Shown piece by piece: positions 1 to 8,736 of a DNA stretch of 64,000 nt; positions within the stretch are counted from its first letter, which is position 1, and every line of letters starts with the position of its first letter. Below the pieces are notes generated by a model. That model was given only the letters and a program-made list of their open reading frames with translations. It ran no database searches and was not told where the DNA came from. The stretch lies in NCBI GenBank assembly GCA_052143095.1, contig JBKQTR010000165.1:8852-72851 (forward strand), read 5' to 3'. A program made the position numbers and the translations under genes. Source of the stretch: Stellaceae bacterium (GTDB lineage: Bacteria; Pseudomonadota; Alphaproteobacteria; ATCC43930; CGMCC-115725).

Positions 1-2386
1 GGGGCGCGGCGTTCAGGTAGCAGGTGACGGTGGTGCCGGTGCCGGGGCGCGAATCCATCTCGACCGTGCCGCCATGCAGCTCGATGAAGCTCTTGACCAG
101 CGACAGGCCGAGGCCGGGGCCGGACTGGCGTGCATTGGGGCTGCCGCGCTCGAATTTCTCGAAGATGCGCGCCTGATCCTCGCGCGGCACGCCGACGCCG
201 GTATCGGCGACGATCAGCGCGATGCGGTCGGCGGCGCGCCGGGCGGCGAGCGTCACCGTGCCGCCGGGCGGGGTGAATTTGAGCGCGTTGGAGATCAGGT
301 TGAACAGCGCCTGCTTGAGGCGGCGCTCGTCGGCGACCAGCGCGCCGATATCGGTCGGGCAATCGAACTCGAGCTTGAGGCTCTGCTTCCTCGCGCGCTC
401 GCGGGTCAGCGACAGCACGCTCGACATCAGCGTGTGGATGTCGACCTCCTGCGTCTCGAGCGTCATGTAGCCGGCCTCGATGGTGGCGAGGTCGAGGATG
501 TCGTTGATCAGCGACAGCAGCCGGTGCGAGCTGTCGAGGATGCCGCGGCTGTAGTCGAGCTGGCGCGGGCTGAGCTCGCCGAAATACTGGTTGGTGAGGA
601 TCTCGGCAAAGCCGATGATGGCGTTGAGCGGCGTGCGCAGCTCGTAGGAGACGTTGGCGATGAACTCGCTCTTGAGCCGGCCGGCGGTCTCCAGCGCCTC
701 GTTGCGCTCGCGCAGCGCGTGCTCGACCCGCGTCGAATCCGTGACGTCGAGATAGCTCAGCAGGATGTTGCCGTCGGGCAGCGGCACCGTCACCGCCTGC
801 AGCATCGAGCCGTCGCGCCGCGCCAGCCGCGTGCTCTCGGCGCTGTGCGCCGTCAGCCGAGCGATGATGCGCCGCTTCATCGCCGGCCAGTCGCCGCCGT
901 CGTCGTAGAAGGCGCGCTGCTTCTCGATGATCTCGCTGACATGCGGCTCGCCCCTGAGATCGGCCGGCGCCAGCTGCCACATCTGCGCATAGGCCGGGTT
1001 CGACAGCTTGAGCCTGCCGTCGCTGCCGTAGACGGCGACGGCTTCATAGAGATTGTCGAGTGTCTCGCGCTGCACCTCGATCATCGTGTTGTAGGAGCGC
1101 TCGAGCGCGAGCTTGTCGGTCACCTCCTCATAGACGAAGGCGAGGCCGCCGAAGGGATGCGGCGAGACGACGAGGCGCAAGGTGCGTTCGTCCGGCAGAT
1201 GCAGCAGCTCCTCCTGCGGCTCGATCAGCGAGGTGAACATGGCCAGCTGCTGGCGCTTGAAGGCGCGGAAATCGGCGTGCTCGGGGATGCGCCGGCGCTC
1301 GCGCAGCCGCTCCAGCACCTCGTCGAGCGTCGGCTCGGTGACGAGCCAGTCCTCTTCGAGCCGCCAGAGATTGGCAAAGGAGGTGTTGTGGAAGGTGAGC
1401 CGCGTGTCGGGCCCGTAGATGGCGATGGCGACGGCGACGTTCTCCAGCACATCGGCATGGGCAGCGATGTGGCGCGCGAGCTCGGCCTGGATGTTTTCGA
1501 GATCGGTATAGTCCTGGGCGTAGCCGAGCAGCTCGCCATCGCCGTTGAGCGGCGCCTCGGTGAACTCGATCAGCCGGCGCGAGCCGGCGACGACGATGTG
1601 GTGGCTCTCCGATTGCGCCACCGCCGAACTGCGCGCGCGCGCGGCCAGCGCGCGGCCGTTGTCGCCGATGACGCCGGCGGCGATCTCGCGGCTCTCGGCC
1701 AGCACCTTCGACGCCGGCGCGTCGAGCGCCGCGGCATAGGCGCGATTGCAGTCGACGAGCTTGAGATCGCCGTCCCGGCGCCAGACCGGCAGCGGCAACG
1801 CGTCGAGCATGGCGCGCAGCCGGTCGCGCTGCTGCTGCAGCGCGCTGCGCTCGGCGGCGGCGGCAACCCGGCTGGAGCCGTCGAGGAAGGCGACGATATC
1901 GGCGCCCGCGACGCGGCGGCCGACCGCGTCGAGCTGGGTGCGGCCGTCGGCGAAGCGCAGGCTGTGCTGGAAGGCGGTGCCGTCGGCGCGCAGCCGTTGC
2001 AGCGCGGTCTCGAAGAACGCCGCATCCTGGCGCTCGGCGCGCCCCAGGAGATCGGCGAGGCTCGGCGCCGGCAGGTTGCCCAGCACCTTGAGCGAGCCCG
2101 CGGTGAAGCTCGCCTCCGCCTCGCCGGCGCGCGCGCGCCACAGCGCCACGGGCAAGGCGCCCAGCGCCGCCTCCGCCTCGCCCAACGCTTGCGCGAGCCG
2201 GTCGCGCTCGGCGGCGAGCGCCCGCGCCCGCGCCCGCGCGCGAACCAGCAGGATGCCCGCCGCCAGGAGGGCGACGAGAGCACTGACGCCGAGCCCGATC
2301 AGCGGCGCGGCGTCGGCGTCCGCAGAAGCGGCAAAGGCGGTCGCCGGCGACAGCGCCACCGTCCCGGCGAGGCCGCGCCAAGCCAT
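1..2386 (-). CDS. PAS-type sensor histidine kinase, partial (C-terminus runs off the left edge)
   Basis: Own reverse-strand translation: ATG (rc of 2384-2386) gives MAWRGLAGTVALSPATAFAAS.. then a hydrophobic segment. H-box ..KSEFIANVSYELRTPLNAIIGFAE lies at about 610-725 and the ATPase end ..GPGLGLSLVKSFIELHGGTVEMDSRPGTGTTV at about 10-130. Not in the ORF track because no stop lies in the window; 74..2410(+) is its antisense shadow. Confidence 0.85.
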   Translation of the reverse strand, partial: MAWRGLAGTVALSPATAFAASADADAAPLIGLGVSALVALLAAGILLVRARARARALAAERDRLAQALGEAEAALGALPVALWRARAGEAEASFTAGSLKVLGNLPAPSLADLLGRAERQDAAFFETALQRLRADGTAFQHSLRFADGRTQLDAVGRRVAGADIVAFLDGSSRVAAAAERSALQQQRDRLRAMLDALPLPVWRRDGDLKLVDCNRAYAAALDAPASKVLAESREIAAGVIGDNGRALAARARSSAVAQSESHHIVVAGSRRLIEFTEAPLNGDGELLGYAQDYTDLENIQAELARHIAAHADVLENVAVAIAIYGPDTRLTFHNTSFANLWRLEEDWLVTEPTLDEVLERLRERRRIPEHADFRAFKRQQLAMFTSLIEPQEELLHLPDERTLRLVVSPHPFGGLAFVYEEVTDKLALERSYNTMIEVQRETLDNLYEAVAVYGSDGRLKLSNPAYAQMWQLAPADLRGEPHVSEIIEKQRAFYDDGGDWPAMKRRIIARLTAHSAESTRLARRDGSMLQAVTVPLPDGNILLSYLDVTDSTRVEHALRERNEALETAGRLKSEFIANVSYELRTPLNAIIGFAEILTNQYFGELSPRQLDYSRGILDSSHRLLSLINDILDLATIEAGYMTLETQEVDIHTLMSSVLSLTRERARKQSLKLEFDCPTDIGALVADERRLKQALFNLISNALKFTPPGGTVTLAARRAADRIALIVADTGVGVPREDQARIFEKFERGSPNARQSGPGLGLSLVKSFIELHGGTVEMDSRPGTGTTVTCYLNAAP

Positions 2387-2512
2387 CAGCCGCACCGCGT
2401 AACCTCTTGACCTACCAAACATTTCCCCACGACCGGGGACCCCCGCAGGGTCCGCCGACGCGCCGATTATGACGCGATCCCGAGAATTTAGCAGGCGAAA
2501 AAAAATCGCCGC

Positions 2513-3808
2513 TCAGTAACGGTAATGTTCGGGCTTGTAGGGTCCGCTCGCACCGGTGCCGATATAGGCCGCCTGCTCCGGCGTCAATTTGGTGAGTTTG
2601 ACGCCGAGCTTGTCGAGATGCAGCGCCGCGACCTTCTCGTCGAGATGCTTGGGCAGCACGTAGACCTTGTTCTCGTACTTGCCGCGGTTGGCGAAGAGCT
2701 CGATCTGCGCCAGCACCTGGTTGGTGAAGGAAGCGCTCATGACGAAGCTGGGATGGCCGGTGGCGCAGCCGAGATTGACCAGCCGCCCCTTGGCGAGAAC
2801 GATGAGCCGCTTGCCGTCGGGGAAGACGACCTCGTCGACCTGCGGCTTCACTTCTTCCCAGGCGTAGTTCCTGAGCGCCGCGATCTGGATCTCGCTGTCG
2901 AAATGGCCGATGTTGCAGACGATGGCGCGATCCTTCATCTGCCGCATATGGTCGAGCGTGATGACGTCGATGTTGCCGGTGGCGGTGACGAAGATGTCGC
3001 CCTCGGCGGCGGCCTCGTCCATGGTGACCACCTGATAGCCTTCCATCGCCGCCTGCAACGCGCAGATCGGATCGATCTCGGTGACCATGACGCGCGCGCC
3101 CTGGCCCCGGAGGCTCGCGGCCGAGCCCTTGCCGACATCGCCGTAGCCGGCGACGACGGCGATCTTGCCGGCGAGCATCACGTCGGTGGCGCGCTTGATG
3201 CCGTCGACGAGGCTCTCGCGCACGCCGTAGAGGTTGTCGAATTTCGACTTGGTGACGCTGTCATTGACGTTGATCGCCGGCACCTTGAGCTTGCCCGCCT
3301 TCATCATCTCGTAGAGCCGGTGCACGCCGGTGGTGGTCTCCTCGGAAATGCCGCGGACCTCCTTGAGCAGGTCGGGATATTTGTCATGCAGCACCTTGGT
3401 GGCGTCACCGCCGTCGTCGAGCACCATGTTGGGCGCCCAGCCGCCGGGGCCGCGCAGCGTCTGCTCGATGCACCACTCGTATTCCTCCTCGCTCTCGCCC
3501 TTCCAGGCGAAGACCGGGACGCCGCGCGCGGCGATGGCGGCGGCGGCGTGATCCTGCGTCGAGAAGATGTTGCAGGAGCTCCAGCGCACGCTGGCGCCGA
3601 GCGCCATCAAGGTCTCGATCAGCACCGCCGTCTGGATGGTCATGTGCAGGCAGCCGGTGATGCGCGCGCCCTTCAGCGGCTGCGTCCGGCCGAACTCCGT
3701 GCGCAACGCCATCAGCCCCGGCATCTCGGTCTCGGCGATGGCGATCTCACGCCTGCCCCAGCCGGCAAGCGCGATATCGGCGACCTTGTAGTCGGCGGCA
3801 GCGGCCAT
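2513..3808 (-). CDS. ahcY: adenosylhomocysteinase
   Basis: ORF 2513..3814: [28 protein letters not shown].., NAD site [13 protein letters not shown]-terminus ..[10 protein letters not shown]. Start moved to the second ATG (3808) because AAGGAG lies 7 nt upstream of it but only 1 nt from the ATG at 3814. Confidence 0.97.
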   Translation of the reverse strand: MAAAADYKVADIALAGWGRREIAIAETEMPGLMALRTEFGRTQPLKGARITGCLHMTIQTAVLIETLMALGASVRWSSCNIFSTQDHAAAAIAARGVPVFAWKGESEEEYEWCIEQTLRGPGGWAPNMVLDDGGDATKVLHDKYPDLLKEVRGISEETTTGVHRLYEMMKAGKLKVPAINVNDSVTKSKFDNLYGVRESLVDGIKRATDVMLAGKIAVVAGYGDVGKGSAASLRGQGARVMVTEIDPICALQAAMEGYQVVTMDEAAAEGDIFVTATGNIDVITLDHMRQMKDRAIVCNIGHFDSEIQIAALRNYAWEEVKPQVDEVVFPDGKRLIVLAKGRLVNLGCATGHPSFVMSASFTNQVLAQIELFANRGKYENKVYVLPKHLDEKVAALHLDKLGVKLTKLTPEQAAYIGTGASGPYKPEHYRY

Positions 3809-3849
3809 CCTCATGCTCCTTGGAAGCGCCAGAAGAAATCCAGCGCCCG

Positions 3850-3878
3850 CATATAGCAGCGCATCAAGGCGACGGCAA
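3850..3878 (-). promoter_or_regulatory. candidate sigma70-type promoter of ahcY
   Basis: Minus strand reads TTGCCG-17 nt-TATATG about 40 nt upstream of the ahcY start. Hexamer match only. Confidence 0.25.
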
Positions 3879-4037
3879 GAGCGGTGAAGTTAAGATGTCG
3901 CGGCCGCAAGGTTGCGCAAGAAAGCCGTGATCGATTGCCGGGGCATGAGCGGGCGCGGAGAAAGGTAAACATCGCGTGGGCGGCGTCCCACCAGCGGGTT
4001 GCATTGCCGCCGACGCCTGAAGCATTGCCGCGGCCGC

Positions 4038-4285
4038 CTCAGAGCCTGTTTCGGAACTGGGACGGGCCTGCGACATCGTCATTTGGCGTCGGGCTAGGAG
4101 CGAGGAGCGCGGCGATGCCATCGGCATCGTAAGCGACGAGCGACGAGCGACCCGTCCGACCGCTACGGGGTCGGACCCTCCGGGTTCGATCGCAAAGCGA
4201 TCGAACGGAGTCGCTCCCGGCGGCAAATGACGATGTCCCTCCGGGTTGCACGAGGACCCATCCCAGTTCCGAAACAGGCTCTCAG
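4038..4285. repeat. about 250-bp nested-palindrome intergenic element (RIME/MITE-like)
   Basis: Outer arms: 4038-4062 CTCAGAGCCTGTTTCGGAACTGGGA versus rc of 4261-4285 (22 nt perfect). Second arms: GACATCGTCATTTG 4073-4086 versus rc of 4226-4239. Internal hairpins: GATGCC-ATC-GGCATC, GTCCGAC..GTCGGAC, GTTCGATCGC-AAA-GCGATCGAAC. Starts right after the ptsI stop codon. Confidence 0.7.
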
Positions 4286-6066
4286 TCAAGCGCGTTGAAG
4301 TCGTCGAGCAGGCTCGCGATGCGGGCGTCGTCGAGTTGATCCATGATGGCGCGGGCGCGGCGGCCGGCGGCGACGAGGTCGAGCGCGCGCACGCGCTGCT
4401 TGACGCGGCCGATGTTGCTCGGCGCCATCGAGAGGTCGCGGATGCCGAGGCCGAGCAGCAGCGCGGTGTAGCGGGGATCGCCGGCCATCTCGCCGCAGAG
4501 GCTGACGCCGATGCGCGCGCGCAGCGCCGCCTCGACGGCGAACTGGATGAGGCGCAGCACCGCGGGGTGCAGCGGATTGTAGAGGTCCGCCACCTGCTCG
4601 TCGGTGCGGTCGATTGCGAGGGTGTACTGGATGAGGTCGTTGGTGCCGATGGCGAAGAAATCGCTCTCGGCGGCGAGCGCGTCGGCGGCGAGCGCGGCGC
4701 CGGGAATCTCGATCATGACGCCGAGCGGCGGCGGCGGATCGGCGATCTTGACCCCGCGGCGCTTCAGCCGCCGCACCACCTGGCCCAGCGCGTCCCGCAC
4801 CGCGCGGATCTCGCCGACGGAGCAGATCATCGGCAACAGGATGCGCACCGGCCCCTCGGCGCCGGCGCGCAGCATGGCGCCGAGCTGGGTGTCGAGCAGG
4901 CGGCGGTCCCTGAGCGACAGGCGGATGGCGCGCAAGCCCAGCGCGGGATTGGCGCCCTCGCCGCCGCTGGTCGCGGCGAGCGGTGCTGCGAGCTTGTCGC
5001 CGCCGACATCGAGCGTGCGGATGGTGACGGGCCGCCCGGCCATGCCGCGCACCAGCCCGCGATAGGCCTCGAACTGCTCGTCCTCGTCGGGCAGGTCCTC
5101 GCGGTTCATGTAGAGGAACTCGCTGCGCACCAGCCCCAGCCCCTGCGCGCCGGCGGCGAGCGCCTGCTCGAGCTCGCGCGGCAGCTCGAGATTGGCCTGC
5201 AGCGTGATCTCGATGGCGTCGCGCGTCACCGCCGGCAGGCGCCGCAGCCGCGCGAGCTGGCGCTCCTCGCGCTCCAGCGTCTGCTGCTGCGCCTCGTAGC
5301 GGGCGATGGTCTCGCGCCGGGGATTGACGACGACGGCGCCCTCGGTGCCGTCGACGATGACGATGTCGCCGGTATCGATCTGCGTCAGCAGCCCGGCGAC
5401 GCCGAGCACCGCCGGCAGCTCGAGCGCGCGCGCCATGATCGCGGTGTGGCCCTCCCGCCCGCCCAGCACCGCGGCAAAGCCGGCGATGCGGCGCGGATCC
5501 ATCAGCGCGGTATCGGCCGGCGTCAGCTCCTCGGCGAGGATGACGCTGCCCTCGGCGACGTGCTGCAAGGCGGCGTAGGGCGTCTTGGTGAGGTTGCGGA
5601 TGAGCCGCGCGCCGACCACGCGGATGTCCTCGCCGCGCGCCGCGAGATAGGCGTCGCCCATGGCGGCGAAGCTGTCGCCGATCTCGCCGATCTCCATCTG
5701 CACCGCGCGCTCGGCATTGATGCGCTCCTCGCTGATGCGGCGCGCGACGCCGCGCACCAGGCGCGAATTGGTCAGCATGGCGATGTGCGCGTCGAGGAGA
5801 TAGCCCACCTCTTCCGCCGCCGAGTCCGGCAGCGCCGCGGCCTTGCCCTTGAGTTTTTTCAGCTGCTTCAGCGATGCCGCCAGCGCGGCGGCGAAGCGCT
5901 CGCCTTCGGCGTCGATCTTGTCGGCGGCGACGCGGTAGTCGGGCACGGCGATCTCGCTGTCGTCGCTGACGAAGGCCGGGCCGATGGCGATGCCGGGGGA
6001 GACGCCGAGCCCATGCAGCACGCGCTCGCCCTTGGGCTTGTCGGCGGCGAAATCGTCAGTCCTCAT
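4282..6066 (-). CDS. ptsI: phosphoenolpyruvate-protein phosphotransferase (PTS enzyme I) without an N-terminal GAF domain
   Basis: 594 aa: ..HGLGVSPGIAIGPAFV.., phospho-His loop GGREGHTAIMARALELPAV, ..FFAIGTNDLIQYTLAIDR... Length and N-terminus fit PtsI rather than GAF-containing PtsP. Start overlaps the upstream HPr stop by 11 nt. Confidence 0.93.
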   Translation of the reverse strand: MRTDDFAADKPKGERVLHGLGVSPGIAIGPAFVSDDSEIAVPDYRVAADKIDAEGERFAAALAASLKQLKKLKGKAAALPDSAAEEVGYLLDAHIAMLTNSRLVRGVARRISEERINAERAVQMEIGEIGDSFAAMGDAYLAARGEDIRVVGARLIRNLTKTPYAALQHVAEGSVILAEELTPADTALMDPRRIAGFAAVLGGREGHTAIMARALELPAVLGVAGLLTQIDTGDIVIVDGTEGAVVVNPRRETIARYEAQQQTLEREERQLARLRRLPAVTRDAIEITLQANLELPRELEQALAAGAQGLGLVRSEFLYMNREDLPDEDEQFEAYRGLVRGMAGRPVTIRTLDVGGDKLAAPLAATSGGEGANPALGLRAIRLSLRDRRLLDTQLGAMLRAGAEGPVRILLPMICSVGEIRAVRDALGQVVRRLKRRGVKIADPPPPLGVMIEIPGAALAADALAAESDFFAIGTNDLIQYTLAIDRTDEQVADLYNPLHPAVLRLIQFAVEAALRARIGVSLCGEMAGDPRYTALLLGLGIRDLSMAPSNIGRVKQRVRALDLVAAGRRARAIMDQLDDARIASLLDDFNALD

Positions 6067-6367
6067 CGAAGCCGCCGCAGATCAGCTCGGACAGCGCCGC
6101 GACCGCGCGCTCGGCCTCGGGGCCGGTGGCGCGCAGCTCGATGGCGGTGCCGGGACCGGCCGCAAGCATCATCAACCCCATGATCGAGCGGCCGGAGACG
6201 GCGGCGCCGTTCTTGGCCACGAAAACCTCGGCATCGAAGGTATAGGCGAGCTTGACGAAGCGCGCCGCGGCGCGGGCATGCAGCCCGCGCTTGTTGCAGA
6301 TCGTGACGGTGCGCCGGATCGGGTCGGCGCCGTCGGCCCCCGCCGCCGTGCCGTCCTCCGCGCTCAT
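6056..6367 (-). CDS. ptsH: HPr-family phosphocarrier protein (HPr/NPr)
   Basis: 103 aa; His-15 region TICNKRGLHARAAARF and Ser-46 region GRSIMGLMMLAAGPG. 4-nt overlap with the upstream EIIA gene. Confidence 0.9.
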   Translation of the reverse strand: MSAEDGTAAGADGADPIRRTVTICNKRGLHARAAARFVKLAYTFDAEVFVAKNGAAVSGRSIMGLMMLAAGPGTAIELRATGPEAERAVAALSELICGGFDED

Positions 6368-6771
6368 CCCCGAACGTCGGCGAGGAGCTGCGAGGCGACG
6401 TTGATGTATTTGCGCCCCGCCTCCTGCGCGCCGCGCACGGCGTTGGCGAGGGTCTCGCTTTGGCGGAGGCTCGCCAGCTTGATCAGCATCGGCAGGTTGA
6501 TGCCGGCGATGACTTCGATCTTGGCCTTGTCCATGACGGAGATGGCGAGGTTGGACGGCGTGCCGCCGAACATGTCGGTGAGCAGCACGACGCCCTCGCC
6601 GGCATCGACCTCGCCGACGCAGCGCAGAATGTCCGCCCGCCGCTTCTCCATGTCGTCATCCGGGCCGATGCAGACGGCGGCGATGTTGCGCTGCGGGCCC
6701 ACAACATGCTCCAGCGCCGCGACGAACTCGGCGGCCAGCCGGCCATGGGTGACGAGTACCATTCCGATCAT
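6364..6771 (-). CDS. manX: PTS EIIA component, mannose/fructose family
   Basis: 135 aa; MIGMVLVTHGRLAAEF.. (active-site His) and ..VVLLTDMFGGTPSNLA... Stop and start overlap with both neighbours. Confidence 0.88.
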   Translation of the reverse strand: MIGMVLVTHGRLAAEFVAALEHVVGPQRNIAAVCIGPDDDMEKRRADILRCVGEVDAGEGVVLLTDMFGGTPSNLAISVMDKAKIEVIAGINLPMLIKLASLRQSETLANAVRGAQEAGRKYINVASQLLADVRG

Positions 6772-7739
6772 TGGATATCCTTTATCGGGCTTGCCGCCTC
6801 GGCGGCATCCGCGACCATTGCCGCCGATTGATCAAGGTCGCGATGGCCGATGCCGACGGGCCGGCCCTGCCGGCTGAGCCAGCCCGCCAGGCGCTCGGCG
6901 ACATAGACCGAGCGGTGGCGGCCGCCGGTGCAGCCGATGGCGATGGTGAGATAGCTCTTGCCCTCGCTCTCATAGCGCGGCAGCAGCGGCTCGAGCCAGG
7001 CGCAGAGCCGCTCGAAGAACGGCGCGAAATCGGCATCCGCCTCGATGAAGGCGCCGATGGCGGCGTCGCGCCCGGTGAGCGGCTCGAGCGCCGGGACGTA
7101 ATGCGGGTTGCGCAGGAAGCGCACATCGAGCACGAGATCCGCGTCGCGCGGCACGCCATGGCGATAGGAGAAGGAGGTTACGAAGATGGTGATGCCGGGC
7201 GCGGCATCGAGCGCGAAATGCCCATGGAGCAGCCGTTTCAAATCCCCCGGGCTGAGGGCGGTGGTATCGATAACGAGGTCGGCGCGGTCGCGCAAGGGGG
7301 AGACGCGGCGGCGCTCCAGCGCGATGCCGTCGGTCACCGGCCGGTCGCCGGCAAGCGGGTGGCGCCGGCGCGTCTCGGTGTAGCGGCGCACCAGCCGGTC
7401 GTCTTCGCAATCGAGGAAGACGATCCTAAGCTCGATGCCGTGCTCGCCGACGAGCCGGTCGAGCGCGGCGAGCAGCGATCCCACGCCGAAATCGCGCGTC
7501 CGGACATCGACGCCGAGCGCCAGCGGCGGCCGCTGCGCCGGCGCGCGCAGCAGGTCCGGCAGCAGCGACAGCGGCAGATTGTCCACCGCCTCGTAGCCCA
7601 TATCCTCGAGCGCCTTGAGCGCGGTCGAGCGGCCGGCGCCGGACATGCCGGTGACCACCAGCAGCCGCAAGCGGGCCGCTGGCCTCGCCGGCACACGCGT
7701 CGGCGCAAGCGCCAGGGCGGGCGCGGCGGGATCGCTCAT
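6768..7739 (-). CDS. rapZ: RNase adapter / nucleotide-binding protein RapZ (YhbJ family)
   Basis: 323 aa; P-loop VTGMSGAGRSTALKALEDMGYEAVDNLP and C-terminal IAIGCTGGRHRSVYVAE. ATGA overlap with the hprK stop. Confidence 0.9.
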   Translation of the reverse strand: MSDPAAPALALAPTRVPARPAARLRLLVVTGMSGAGRSTALKALEDMGYEAVDNLPLSLLPDLLRAPAQRPPLALGVDVRTRDFGVGSLLAALDRLVGEHGIELRIVFLDCEDDRLVRRYTETRRRHPLAGDRPVTDGIALERRRVSPLRDRADLVIDTTALSPGDLKRLLHGHFALDAAPGITIFVTSFSYRHGVPRDADLVLDVRFLRNPHYVPALEPLTGRDAAIGAFIEADADFAPFFERLCAWLEPLLPRYESEGKSYLTIAIGCTGGRHRSVYVAERLAGWLSRQGRPVGIGHRDLDQSAAMVADAAEAASPIKDIQ

Positions 7740-8173
7740 GATGCGGCAAGCAGCGCGCCGGGCGCATAGGCGCGCAGCGCCAGGCGAAGCTTCGCCGTCG
7801 CCGAGGCCGCAAACGGCGTCAGCCGCAGCAGCGGCACGCTCACCTCGAGCAGCGTGCAGAATTCCGGCGCGGGCAGGCGCTCGATGGTCTCCGGCGCCAC
7901 GAGGTCGACGACGAGGCGCAGCGGCGCCGCCGCCAGCGCCGGCACGCGGACGATGCCGAGGCCGCGCACCTCGATGCGGCCGGCGATGGTTGCGGGCGCA
8001 CGCATTTCCAGCGCGGCGCCGACGCGCTCGAGCTCGGTCTGGTCGTCGGCAACGAGGCGCGCGCCCTCATCGATGAGGCGCAGCGCCAGATCGGATTTGC
8101 CGCTGCCAGACGGGCCTCGCAAGAGGATCCCGTCGCCGCCGAGGGCGACCGACGTGGCATGGACGCGGATCAT
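7736..8173 (-). CDS. hprK: HPr kinase/phosphorylase, short alphaproteobacterial form (C-terminal domain only)
   Basis: 145 aa; MIRVHATSVALGGDGILLRGPSGSGKSDLALRLIDEGARLVADD.. (P-loop); ..IEVRGLGIV... Confidence 0.88.
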   Translation of the reverse strand: MIRVHATSVALGGDGILLRGPSGSGKSDLALRLIDEGARLVADDQTELERVGAALEMRAPATIAGRIEVRGLGIVRVPALAAAPLRLVVDLVAPETIERLPAPEFCTLLEVSVPLLRLTPFAASATAKLRLALRAYAPGALLAAS

Positions 8174-8194
8174 GGGCGGTTTAGGTGCGCCGCC

Positions 8195-8290
8195 TGCGGC
8201 GCAATGTCAATGCCCGGACATTATCCGGTTAATTTTAACGGTTCTAATGTCAATCTATAGTCTATCGACATATAAAAAACCTCAACCCCT
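8195..8290. promoter_or_regulatory. AT-rich divergent promoter region (hprK operon / small lipoprotein gene)
   Basis: A locally AT-rich block in a ~70% GC background. The 9-mer AATGTCAAT occurs twice (8203-8211, 8246-8254); its complement ATTGACATT contains TTGACA on the hprK-coding strand. No convincing -10 element was found. Confidence 0.35.
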
Positions 8291-8472
8291 AGGTTGGCCA
8301 TGGTTACCGCCAAAATGCGTTATTGCGCTGCAGCGCGGCGCGTCGCGGAAAGCGGCGGCGCTTGCGGCGCAGGGCTATCGCAGCGCACTGGCCGCGCCGC
8401 AACCGCTGGGAAGCGCGCCGAACTCTCGCCGACACGCGCTGTTTACATTCATCGGTCAATGCGGAGGCGCAG

Positions 8473-8727
8473 ATGCCTAGGCACTTTGTCCTCGCAATCC
8501 TCTCCGCCGCCATGCTCACGGGGCTCGCGGGATGCGTCTCGCCGGAGGAGTTGCGCCGCCAAGACGAAGCCGCGTGCGCGAGCTATGGCTTCAAGCCGGA
8601 CACGAACGAATTTGCGACCTGTCTCCAACGCGAGAGCTTGGCACGGCGTCGCGAGGCCCTACCGCCCGACTTCGGCTGGTATGGCGGGCCGGGTTGGTAT
8701 CCGCCGCCGCCCTATGTCATACGATAG
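8473..8727 (+). CDS. small lipoprotein (hypothetical)
   Basis: In-frame ATG inside ORF 8323..8727: MPRHFVLAILSAAMLTGLAGC.. (lipobox LAGC), then ..EAACASYGFKPDTNEFATCLQRE... GGAGG lies 6 nt upstream. 84 aa. Confidence 0.65.
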   Translation: MPRHFVLAILSAAMLTGLAGCVSPEELRRQDEAACASYGFKPDTNEFATCLQRESLARRREALPPDFGWYGGPGWYPPPPYVIR

Positions 8728-8736
8728 AACGCGGGG

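Noticed and set aside
74-2410. 778-aa plus-strand ORF and nested ORFs (1128..2381, 1570..2283, 1746..2402)
   Set aside because: Ala/Arg/Gly/Leu-rich translation typical of the antisense frame of a high-GC gene. The minus strand encodes a clean histidine kinase with H-box and ATPase motifs.
2470-2512. Hairpin AGCGGCGA-U7/8-UCGCC(U)GCU after the ahcY stop as an intrinsic terminator
   Set aside because: The U-run sits in the loop rather than after the stem, so it does not fit the canonical terminator. I kept it only as an unusual A8/T8 homopolymer in 70% GC DNA.
2525-3856. 443-aa plus-strand ORF opposite ahcY
   Set aside because: Antisense shadow of a textbook adenosylhomocysteinase.
3815-4037. 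SAH riboswitch upstream of ahcY
   Set aside because: I looked on the minus strand for the AGGAGCGCUGC...CAGGCUCGG-type core and pseudoknot and did not find it. The only GAGGAGCGC match is on the wrong strand (about 4103-4111). An Infernal scan would be decisive.
4246-6183. 645-aa plus-strand ORF opposite ptsI
   Set aside because: Antisense shadow with no motifs, whereas the minus frame has the EI phospho-His loop.
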